NCBI RefSeq assembly: GCF_035084215.1 | Contig: NC_090327.1 | Coordinates: forward strand, 64,976,001-65,040,000 | DNA from: Heptranchias perlo | Taxonomy: Eukaryota | Length of the DNA: 64,000 bases | Direction of reading: 5' to 3' | Part shown: positions 12,091-22,647 of the stretch, one piece after another | Position numbering within the stretch: position 1 is the stretch's first letter | Layout: each line of letters opens with the position of its first letter | Notes under the pieces: generated by a model | What the model was told of the DNA's origin: nothing | Databases searched by the model: none | What the model saw: only the letters and a program-made list of their open reading frames with translations | Position numbers and translations under genes: made by a program

Positions 12091-13615
12091 TAATAACAAT
12101 TTCACAAACATATTCCAAATCAGGACAACACATAAATTCTTACATGTCTGTAAAAACACTGCAAATATTTTATGTCATCAAAATAACCAACAGTTTGTAA
12201 CACCAGAGAAAAATAAATCTAAAACATTTAAATGAAGCACACCCACAATTCTGAACACTGATAAACAGCAAGACCATTGTCAGTCACATTATATACCACA
12301 ATTCTTTTACTTCAATTAAATGCAAAATATTTGAATATATGAATATGTTACAAAATATTCATAGCAAAGATAAAATACTTAAAATGTTGCTTAGCTTGTT
12401 TTTAATTCACAGTTACTTCTGAATACACCTGGAGTTAAAAACAAAGTTGTATCAGACACTGATATTTCAGAGTGAGACATATCGATTCTAATTTACATGA
12501 TGGATGGAAAATCGTGATTTCCCAATATGTCCCCTCCTGGCAGGTAAGTGATGTTCCTGGCCATGAGTGCACATTTGTAAAATGGATCCTAATAAGCTGT
12601 CTGTCCATTTTGTTTAAACCTTTCTGTTGCACATTATTTTACAAAATAAGAGCTTTTGTTTTGTTGATCCAGACTTGATTGCCTTTTCCAAAGCCCAATT
12701 TGTTATCTGAATCTCAGTTCTAGAATACAGACGTTGACATTTACACTATGTTTGAGCCATATGTTCATTAAATGTATCACTTCATCCAAATTGCGATTGA
12801 TGCTCAAAGACTTTTGGTCTTTGTTAGCATAAAACTATTAGAATGCAAGAATATTTTTTACAAGTAAAAGCATTTTGCTCTTGGTTTGCAAATTGAGCTA
12901 TTTCTATAAAATGGCATTCCACTCACTGTATTTGGACTTTAATATATTCAATTTCTGTTTTATTTATAGACTGGAAATGTGCAATAAGTTTTATGTATCA
13001 ACACTGATATATAGGTAATAACACATTTTATGACATGTATGCTTTTGTGTATGATTGACTGTTGGTGGCTTCTTTTTTTAAAATCGGACTCAAAATTCTC
13101 ACGAAAGATTTGTAATTATTTTGTATCACAAATATGCAATGAAAGCATTTTTGGAAAAAAAACATTAGAATCATATAAGTAAAGACTCCAAATGTATCCA
13201 TTGCAGCACAGTCTCTTTAATATGCCTGCCAAGCTAATTTGATATGGCCCATTTCCCAATGAGATGGGGATGTAAGTCTTAATTAACAAACTGTAGGACA
13301 GCTTAACTATAGGAAAAAAAAATCCCTATTTGCTGAAAATAATACATTTCTATGAATTTAACATAGGCTGAATGTATTAAGTTCCAAATACAATAATTGC
13401 AGGACTGTTTCAGAATCAATGCCAATTATCCAGCTTAGATGCTAATTTGGCAAGCATCTGCTATTTTGCACTGAAGATAAGAATATTAAAATGAAACTCA
13501 CTTTCATGTAAATATTGACCATTTGATCCCTTATTGATGAGCACAGGCAGGCCAAGTCACTGCATTTGTTGTAATGCTAAATAGACCTCATTTTTTTCAA
13601 TCAGCAGAATAAGAA

Positions 13616-13705
13616 TTAAACTGCAGAAGTAATTTGAGTCAGACCTAAATCCTGAAAGTCATCTCTCGCTTGTGGTGAGAAAGATAACATTTCCGCTGTT
13701 AGTCA
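13616..13705 (-). CDS. oprk1: Putative stop-codon-readthrough C-terminal extension of kappa opioid receptor (X-LTAEMLSFSPQARDDFQDLGLTQITSAV*)
   Basis: In frame after TGA (13705-13703) in TGA-CTA context; 28 sense codons to TAA (13618-13616); resembles the known human OPRK1 readthrough tail (from memory). Confidence 0.7.
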
Positions 13706-14229
13706 TACCTGCCGGTTTGCATTCCCTGTGCTACTGCGGAACAATGTAGCATTCTGTGTGGCATTCCTTACTCGGTTGCTGGTCTGCAACTCCAGCCTCA
13801 ACCCCGAGGAACAGCAAAAATCTTTGAAGCACCTTTTAAAATTTTCATCTAGAAAAGCATAAAGGATGGGGTTAAGGCTGCTGTTGGTATATCCAAGAGC
13901 TACTGAGAAATAATAACAGGCAGATACAGCTGTGGTTTCTGGCACATTTACCAAAGCTTTGACCAATACAAAAATGTGAATGGGAGTCCAACAGATGATG
14001 AACACTGCTACAACAATGAGGACCATCCGTGTGATTCGGCGTAAGTTTCTATCTTTCTCCCTGGAGCCAGACAGCATTCTCACGCTCTTCAAACGCAAGA
14101 TCATCAAGCTGTAGCATATAGAGATGATGAGAACTGGGATGACAAAGGCAAAGACGAAAACACAGATTTTCAGCACGGTGTCCCAGTACCAGTAGGGATG
14201 TGGGAACTGCAGTGCACATTCGACAATAC
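13703..14229 (-). CDS. oprk1: Kappa opioid receptor, last coding exon (ECL2, TM5-TM7, C-tail)
   Basis: Acceptor TTCTTATTGAACAG|GT at 14230; reads (G)[24 protein letters not shown]...[23 protein letters not shown]...CWTPIH...[23 protein letters not shown]...NRQV*; 527 nt, phase consistent with the upstream exon. Confidence 0.96.
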
Positions 14230-15588
14230 CTGTTCAATAAGAAAAACAAAAGTCAACGACTATGACCAAATCTACAATCGAAGCTAAATCTCGTTAACTG
14301 AGATGGATATCATTTCATGTTACTTTTTTCAGATTATCTTCAATCAAATATAAAGAGTTGTACTGGGAATTTAGTGGAACCAAACAAAACATCCATGTAA
14401 TAGAATGCCCAATTAAGATTGTCCCAATTACCATCTGGAATACTAATAGGAAAATAGTACAGATCCTGTAGGAAGATGGTATATCCATTTACGTATTGTG
14501 GTAAATTATAGTAAAAACCTTCAATTAAAAAAAATAATTGAACTGATGTGTGTTTAATGGGTATAGCATCATTCATGCTGAGACCTGATTCCATAAGTCA
14601 GGTTTGGTAATTGACTATACGCAAAAAATAATATAGTAGTTCTGCTCGGCCTTCAGCCTTTTGTGTCAAGATTCAAGTGTTGCAACTTGTAACCAAATGA
14701 AGATGATTTTGGAGACTGATTGTCTTGCAGGTCAGTCAGGTGAAGGTCAGCTTCAATGTATTTTTGGTGAGCAGATGTAAAGTGGACACATTTTGAATTA
14801 TTTTGGAAAAAAATATTTTACCTCCATATTCTATAAAGTAATATATGGTGACAATTTGAAAATGGGTTCTGGTGTCTTTCTCTTCCATTTTTTCAAATAG
14901 ACTGACATTTGTTGATGAGTTGCAAATGATACATATGTTGAAATTGTGCCACCTACCTATGGTTTATCAATGAGTTAATTTCAAAATATTGTGTTTCAGT
15001 TCCTGTTGCCAAGGGAACACTAGAATACACAGAACCTGCACTAGAAAGGCCAGTGCCTGTAAAGTCACAGGAGTCCAATTCTAGCTGTTTATGATCTCAC
15101 TGCTATTCACACCAAAAGGGTGACTCATAAGTTTTATATTTTCACAAGTAGCAAAAATAGTCCTTGTTTTCCTGTTCACTTCTCCAAGTAATTCATTCAG
15201 TTCTCATTTTCCTGTTTTCCTCTACCAGCAAGTGATTTAGGAGTATGTCTTCCTCTGTTCACTAATCAAGAGAAAATATAGATGTGAGTATAAAGCATTG
15301 TTTTCCACTTTCTACTCATATCTACATTTTCAGTAAAATTAGCAAATAGAGGAAACATATCCTTTAGTAATTTATTTTGGAGCATTAGTTAGATGGTGGG
15401 GAGCGGGGGCCCAAATTTTCAATTTGTATCCCTGATGCACAAGGCTCTGTAAAGGGAATGTAATTTTGTAAAATTACTCCTTAAGTGTTAGTACAGCAAT
15501 AATCGCACAGCACAATTTCTAAGCTCATGCTACATATCTAATATAACCATTACAGTGCTATAGATTAACATGAGTATTAAGAGTCTGT

Positions 15589-17238
15589 GGGCTATAAATT
15601 CGGCTGTGTAACACCCATTTTTTAGGCGCTATGCAGCCTCCTAAGGTCCCAAAATGGTGTCCAGAATGCGCGCGTATGCTTGGCGCCAAACGCCATCTTG
15701 GTAAAGGCGTTTGCACATGCGCAGATAACGAATGCCAGCAGCATGTAAAGAGAATATGCATTAGATCAATGTGCAACACTGATTTAAAGGGACAGATATG
15801 ATTTTGGAACTCAATGCTCCAGCTAATGCACTGTCTTAACCACGCACAGTTGAACAGGTCGTAGATGGCCTGGAGGACCCCCCACCAGTGTTATTTAAAG
15901 GGATCATGCAGGATTTACAGGTTAATTGCTGGATTATTGCTTCTGGCTGCTGATGCATTTGTACCTGTTTTTGGAGGTCTCCTATACTTGAATACTAGGA
16001 CTAGGGGACATAGCCTAAAAATTAGAGCCAGGACTTGCAGGAGTGACGTTAGGAAATGCTTCTTCACGTAAAGGGTGGTAGAGGTTTGGAACACTCTTCT
16101 GCAAACAGCAGTTGATGCTAGCTCAATTGTTAATTTTAAATCTGAGATTGATAGATTTTTGTTAACCAAAGGTTTAAGGGATATGGGGCTAAGGCTGGTA
16201 TATGAAGTTAGGTCATAGGTCAACCATGATCTCATTGAATGGCTGAACAGGCTCGAGGGACTAAATGCCACTGTCACTTGCTGCCTCCTGTTATGCATCA
16301 TCTTCTCCTGCAGGAAAGCGGGACGTGTGTCAGTGAGTGTCCAGCAAGATGTTTGGGTGATGTGCCTGTCATGGTTGAATAGCTGCCAGTGTGTGACCTG
16401 TGAGTTGTGGGTGTGCGGCTTGAAACAGTGGTCATGTGTGAGGGTGAGAGGAAGCATCTGATTGGAAGAGTTGAGTACTGATTGAAAGAGTTTGTCGGTA
16501 GGTGCGTGATGGGGGTGTAGTGGGTGGAGCAGTGGATTCGGCTAGTGGTGCAGTTGGTGGGAGACACCACTTGACAATTGATCTCACTCACCTTGACCAC
16601 TCTTGTCAAAGCATTGAACTTCTTCCTGCAATGCATCCACGTTTGTGTGCTATGCGCTTGGCATTGATTTCGTCCCCTATTGCCTCCCACTGCCTCTTGA
16701 GCATTTGTCTGGAGGGCCTCTTGCCCCCGCTACGGATATAGGATGCCCCTCCTTCTGTCCAGATCCTGCACCAAAGCCTTTAATGCATCAGCAGAAAACC
16801 TTGGTGTATGATCTCTCGCAGGCCTGGTACAAATTCAGATCGACAGATTGGTGAGGTCTGTCGTGCAGATTGGAGCGTGTGGGATATAGTAGTGTGCAAC
16901 TTTTATTCAATATTTTAACAGTTTGTAAACATGGGGACAGAACTTACATTTGCAATGTCTGATCTCTGTTCAGACTTGTATGGACCCATATCTTATATTT
17001 TGCAAATAAGGGGTGCAGGCTGCCTTTAGGAGGTATGAGCCACTCACAAGATATCGGGGGCCCCCTGCTGGTAAGAAGCCATTCAACAGCGCAACTAGGC
17101 CTGGCTGCTCGCCAGAATCAGGTAAATGACCAGGCAGCACGAATCTCATGTGCTGCCTGCATTGCAACGACCAGGCACAAGTTAATCGCGCACCGCGACC
17201 CCCGCGCCCGGATTCGGGGGATATCGAATTTAACTCCC
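15589..17238 (-). mobile_element. Harbinger-derived element with Myb/SANT-like ORF remnant
   Basis: Imperfect TIRs GGGCTATAAATTCGG / TCGAATTTAACTCCC; minus-strand TWMHCRKKFNALTRV resembles the QCRKKFNDL Myb-like helix and is followed by a GTGAGT donor. Confidence 0.6.
15990..16268 (+). mobile_element. CR1 3'-end fragment nested in the Harbinger element
   Basis: TRGHSLKIRAR...FFT; nucleotide sequence closely similar to 3070-3243. Confidence 0.85.
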
Positions 17239-17535
17239 TAAGTCCTTTAACCAAGCTAGCCAAAGATAGATAAACACCCTAAATTGCTTAAGTCAATTAT
17301 AGCTGTGTATTTTACATCCACTCCTGTGAGTTGAGCCAATGAGCATCACAGCTTAGACTAGAAAAGATTGATTCTGCACCTTGCAATTTCCTAGGAAAAT
17401 CAGTTTTAATGGCAGCTAAATTTTAAGGGTCAAAAAGCAATGCTGAACACCATAGGAGGAAAGGATGTTATATAATAACCATCTAAGCTGTATAGTGTTA
17501 TGGGGATAAAGGCACAAAAACTTCAACAAGATGAT

Positions 17536-18271
17536 GGGCCGGAACTTGCTCCAACCGGCGTGGAAAGCCTCTCCGCACATCCTGCGGATAAAAAGTACGA
17601 ATATACTCACTGCGTAGGCCACGACGTCTATTTGCTTAATTTTGAAATCTTGTCCAGTGGTGTGCTCCGTGATCAGCACAGGCCATGTGCACATGCAAAG
17701 ACTGTGAGAATGGAAGCCCCGCCCACAGCCAGACAAGTAATACTCATTCATTTAGTGACTTTCCCTATGTTAGTCTAAATAACATATCTTATTATAAAAA
17801 GGCAAGGAAATGATTTATAATATACTGAAACATACAGAAATTAAAAGTTAAAAAAATAAAACTTTTATTTAAAATGTCTAATTATTCTAAATAGGAATAA
17901 TTAGACATTCCACATTTTTAAAATTTAATTTTTTGTCGTTTTGCAGTCATTACAAGTCTCTGTGCTTTTAAAAAGTAGTGTAGGGCTGGTATTTTCAAGC
18001 GTACCTTCTCATGGCATTAAGTATCTTCATTCCAGCTGGGCAGATGGGTAAGTTTACGATTGTTTGGCGATTGTGTTTGATGTACTGATTGTGGCGTGGT
18101 AGGCCCTTTAATTCGGGACTGTCAAAACACCATTGAACCAATCAGAGCAAGTTGGCGATTTCCAGGTTTTAATGTGCATGTGCGCATTCGCGAACTTGCT
18201 CCGATGGATTCAACGGCAGTTGGGATGGACACCATTACCGAGTGGCGTCCAAGGTAAGTAAGTTCTGGGCC
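17536..18271. mobile_element. MITE with AT-rich core
   Basis: TIRs GGGCCGGAACTTGC / GTAAGTTCTGGGCC. Confidence 0.55.
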
Positions 18272-18454
18272 ATTGTCTGTTCATCTGATCTGAAGTGAGC
18301 AAGTGCTATACTCATAATGGGTTGTCATACAATTAGGCTGATTTTATTTTTGTTTGCAACTATGTGCTTGACAATGTCAAGTGTAAACTTTTGACATCAG
18401 ATATTCAGAGATGTTAACATAATCCATTACTGAACAAGCGTTCCAAGAGAAGTT

Positions 18455-19480
18455 CCTATTTCTCATCTATTTGCTGCACCTCAGTGACATCATCCAAAAA
18501 CACAATGCCAGATTCCACATGTATGCTGGCGGCACCCAGCTCTACCTCACCATTGCCTCGCTCGACCCCTCCACTGCATCTGATTTGTCACACTGCTCAT
18601 CCGACATCCAGTATTGGATGAGCAGAAATTTCCCCCAATTAAATATTGGGAAGACCGAAGCCATTGTCTTTGGTCCCCACCATAAACTCCGTTCCCTAGC
18701 CACTGACTCCATCCCTCTCCCTAGCCGCTGTCTGAGGCTGAACCAGACTGTTCTCGACCTCGGTGTCCTATTTGACCCTGAGCTGATCTTCCAACCCCAA
18801 ATCCTCCCCATTATCAAGACTGTCTCCTTCCACCTATGTAATATCACCCGTCTCCACCCCTGCCTCAGCCCATCTGCATCTGAAACCCTCATCCACGCTT
18901 TTGTTACCACCAGACTCAACTATTTCAATGTTCTTCTGGCCAGCCTTTAATCTTCCACCCTCTGTAAAGATCAGTTCATCCAAAACTCTTCTGCCCGTAC
19001 CCTAATTCGCACCAAGTCCCATTCACCCATCACCCCTGTGCTCACTGGCCTACATTGGCTACCAGTCCAGCAACGCCTCAAATTTAAAATTCTCATCCTT
19101 ATGTTCAAATCCCTCCATGGCCTCGCCCCTCCCTATCTCTGCAATCTACTCCAGCCTACAACTCTCCGAGATCTCTGCATTCCTCCCATTCTTGCCTCTT
19201 GAGTATCCCCGATTTCCTTTGCCCCACCAAAGGTGGATGTGCCTTCAACTGCCTAGACCCTAAGTTCTGGAATTCCCTCCCTAAACCTCTCTGCCTCTCT
19301 TCCTCTCTCTCCTCCCTCTCCTCCTTTAAGATACTCCTTAAAACCTACCTCTTTGACAAAGCTTTTGGTCACCTGTCCTAATATCTCCTTAAATGGCCCG
19401 GTGTCAAATTTTGTCTGATAACGCTCCTGTGAAGCACCTTGGGACGTTTTACAACGTTAAAGGCGCTATATAAATGCAAA
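18455..19480 (+). mobile_element. L2-type LINE 3' portion
   Basis: HMYAGGTQLY (degenerate YADDTQLY), LNIGKTE, LGVLFD, LIHAFVTTRLNY; L2-type tail AAAGGCGCTATATAAATGCAA. Confidence 0.9.
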
Positions 19481-20344
19481 TTCTGGTCGTTAAGATTTAT
19501 AAGAAATGTCTACAAGTTGCTCAATAGCTCCAAACAGAATCTTCTCTTAAAGGCACAGTTATGTGGAAAGCTTTTAAACATTCTCAATGCTCGGTAAGCA
19601 GTATGTTTAGCATTGGCAACCCACCTCCTGTATTTAAGTGAGGCCCGATCACGATAATCGATGGACCTCCCATCAACATCATTGGGCAGGTGGACCAAAC
19701 GCCCCACTCACTGCCATCCCAGTGTAAGCCAGAGAAAAAAACTGACCCCTTGATGCATTCATACTAAATCCCTCTGCAGGCATTAACCTTCATTAACTTT
19801 GGATGGGTTAATACTTATGTTAAATTACACAGAAGAATTCAGTATAAGTGTACTCATACAGAGACAGTGCCAGTCAAGAAATATATTCTGAACAAATTAT
19901 TTTGGAACTGACTTGGCCTTTAGAAAGGCCTCTAGTTAGAAGTAACTTGTTTGAAGTTTCTCTTAGATCATAAATATTGGTATATATTTTATCTAAAATC
20001 TTTCCAAAAAGAAACATTTTAATGGTGAATTTGTGTCCAAGATAAAGATGAAGATTTTTGTGCCAAGCTTCGATATCATGCATTCTCAGGTATAATAGAG
20101 GTCAGATACAGGTTAAAGCTCCAACTATAGTGCCCTAACAATGCATCTCAACCTCAAGCACAGAAAAGAAACTCCTAATGCACATGTATAACGTGTCCTT
20201 TTCTCAAAGCAGTCATCATTATAGTCTCTCTGAGGAAAACTATGACTTTATGGCAGGACAGTGAAATTGTGTCCAATAGTAACTAGGGTTGAGGCTGCTC
20301 TTACTCATTTTGTGGAGGACCCCTAAAGCCAAGTTTTTGGTCAC

Positions 20345-20472
20345 CGGTCCTAATATGTCCTAACCTCCTTATGTGGCTCGGTGTCAAATTTTGTTTAATA
20401 ATGCTCCTGTGATGCGCCCTGGGATATTTTACTACGTTAAAGGCGCTTTTTAAATGGTTGTTGTTGTTGTTT
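20345..20472 (+). mobile_element. Short L2-type 3' end with (GTT)n tail
   Basis: Near copy of 19375-19480 ending GTTGTTGTTGTT. Confidence 0.8.
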
Positions 20473-20660
20473 TACACTTCATTAAATTGAATCAATGAGG
20501 TCAAAGTGTGAATGAAAGTCAGCAAGAAATTTTAACAAGTGCAAAAATTAAATATGCTACAATAAAAATCTTGTTAAAATGGACTACCCGTCATCAGACT
20601 TTGCTAATGCTTTGTAACTACAGTAATGAAATTGGCTTTGACTGCAGCTTCAATACTCAC

Positions 20661-21013
20661 CATCCCTTGTTCCAGTGGCCCCCAGCACTATAACAGGTAT
20701 GCCAATAACTGAGGCAAGGAGCCAGATGCAAACATTTATTACTTTTGCCTTTAAAGGAGTGCGGAAGTCCAATGCCTTCACTGGATGGCACACAGCAATA
20801 TACCGATCAACACTCATCATTGTCAATGTGAAGATGCTGGTAAACATGTTGTAATAATCAATGGAGACCACTATTTTACACAGCACATCTCCAAATGGCC
20901 AGGACCCTATTAAATAGTCGGCACTCTGGAAAGGCATTGTGCTTGTTGCTAGAGCATCTGCTGCAGCAAGATTGAAAATATAGATATTGGTAGCTGTCTT
21001 CATCTTGGTGTGT
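20661..21013 (-). CDS. oprk1: Kappa opioid receptor, middle coding exon (ICL1, TM2-TM4)
   Basis: Acceptor TTCTTTTTAG|A, donor G|GTGAGT; 353 nt; [26 protein letters not shown] (Asp3.32), [24 protein letters not shown]. Confidence 0.97.
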
Positions 21014-21605
21014 CTAAAAAGAAATACACAAAGCTGTCTTAATTCATTGCAATGACCATTCATTACCCATAATAAATTATGAGTACAGGCAAAATAAAAC
21101 CTGGCTTATGATTCTATGATATACGCTTCATTCAGAAGCTATGTTCCATTTGTTCAATAGATGTATTCATTTATATAGTTGCTTTGCCTATCGAAGATGC
21201 TAAGCAATTCAATATCAATTCTCTAACACCAACATGTCAATGTCCTGCCCTCAAATATCAATTTGCTTGTTACAGTGGGCATAAAACTTAAGGCAATTCA
21301 CAGAATATATGCAATATTTTCAATGCTGACAAATGCTCAAGACATATCAAACAAAATATAAGGAATTGTCAGTTTTTTTCCAATGTGTGATGCAGTCAGT
21401 TGCTGATGATGCCTTTAGTTCACTACCATTCACTTTAGTTAATACAAACTTTTGATTAACAAAATATTTCTCGTCAGACATTCTGCTAAATGAATGTAGG
21501 TTTCTTCTCAGACTGTAAAACTTACAATAAGAGGTTTCTAATAGTTAAGTTTCTAATTGTGAAAAGTTTGAAATTCCTCTTTTAATGACACTTGCAGTGT
21601 GTCAC

Positions 21606-22230
21606 CTATTTTGGGCCTGAAGTTGAGCTGACATCAATTTCTGCCTGGATGGCTTCAATCATGCTGATGTTGAGTTGAAGGAAATTCTTCCTTACCCAGG
21701 ACTTAACATCATCTGACCAGCTGGACAGCACAGTGGTAGTTGAGAAATCAAGTGTAGTGGTAAAGATAGAGCTGGATGTTGACAGCATACACGTGAAAGC
21801 TGGCTCATTGGCATGAACTATATCACCAAAGGGCAACATATGCTCAAGGAAATGAAGGGGGCAAGGATGGAGCCTGAAGAAACACCAGATGTGACTGTTT
21901 GGGGGGGTGGAGGGGGAGACAAACAACCAATACAGGAGATGTACTGGCCACAATGGGACAGGTAAGAGTGGAACCAAGAGTGGTAGTGCCAAGAAAGTGC
22001 ACCACAAAGGAGAAATGATGGAGTGGTCGACTATGTCAAATGCCACAGTGAGGTCAAGAAGGACAAGTAGGGATAACACACTATGCTGACAGGTTCAAAG
22101 ATTGCCACTGACAATGTTGCCAAGGAGCTGTGGGCAGGGTGGAAAGCAGATTGAAGGAAATCAAAGATGGGAGAGGTGGGTATGGAGCTGGATGGCAACA
22201 AAACATTTGAAGAGTTTAGAGAGAAAGGGG
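21606..22230 (-). mobile_element. Degraded L2-type LINE RT fragment
   Basis: SLLVLLDLTVAFDIVDH and NFLQLNIS motifs. Confidence 0.75.
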
Positions 22231-22484
22231 GTAGGGCAAAATGGACTTTTGCCTATATTGATTTTTTAAACTTGTATTCCTGTAATGCTAGAATCATCAT
22301 GTGAAGGGTTAACTCCCAAGGCTGCAACTGTATTTTTTTCAACAGAAAACTATCAGGTTCAACTAGTCTACTCGATTTTACTCATGGTGTAAGTGTATTT
22401 TGGGCCACACAATGGGAGTTTGAAATGTTAATTAGTTAATTATCCCAAGGGGTTTTATTTATAATCCCAAACATTGCCTAATCT

Positions 22485-22647
22485 TTGTAAACAATTTTAC
22501 AACACCAAGTTATAGTCCACACTGCCTGAGGAAGGGGAAAGCCCCCGAAAGCTTGTGGGATTAAAAATAAAATCGTTGGACTATAACTTGGTGTTGTAAA
22601 ATTGTTTACAATTGTTAACCCCAGTCCATCACCGGCATCTCCACATC
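22485..22647 (+). mobile_element. Penelope-like element terminal relic with inverted repeat, hammerhead core and TSD
   Basis: Perfect 35-bp inverted repeat (22485-22519 / 22577-22611); flanking direct repeat TTGCCTAATCT (22474-22484, 22648-22658); internal CTGAGGA...GAAA. Confidence 0.75.
22521..22560 (+). ncRNA. Minimal type I hammerhead ribozyme-like motif
   Basis: CUGAGGA-A-GGGG-AAAGC-CCCC-GAAA-GCUU: conserved core, 4-bp stem II, palindromic AAGCUU stem III, weak stem I (CUGC/GUGG). Confidence 0.6.

Noticed and set aside
13703-13705. Selenocysteine recoding of the TGA
   Set aside because: No SECIS recognised by eye (not computationally searched); UGA-CUA leakiness is the known mechanism for this gene.
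21014-21063. ORF-track start [16 protein letters not shown]
   Set aside because: Intronic sequence upstream of the splice acceptor; no receptor homology.
22485-22611. Pre-miRNA or CRISPR-like repeat
   Set aside because: The 57-nt loop, TSD and hammerhead core fit a Penelope-type end; no repeat-spacer array and the DNA is eukaryotic.
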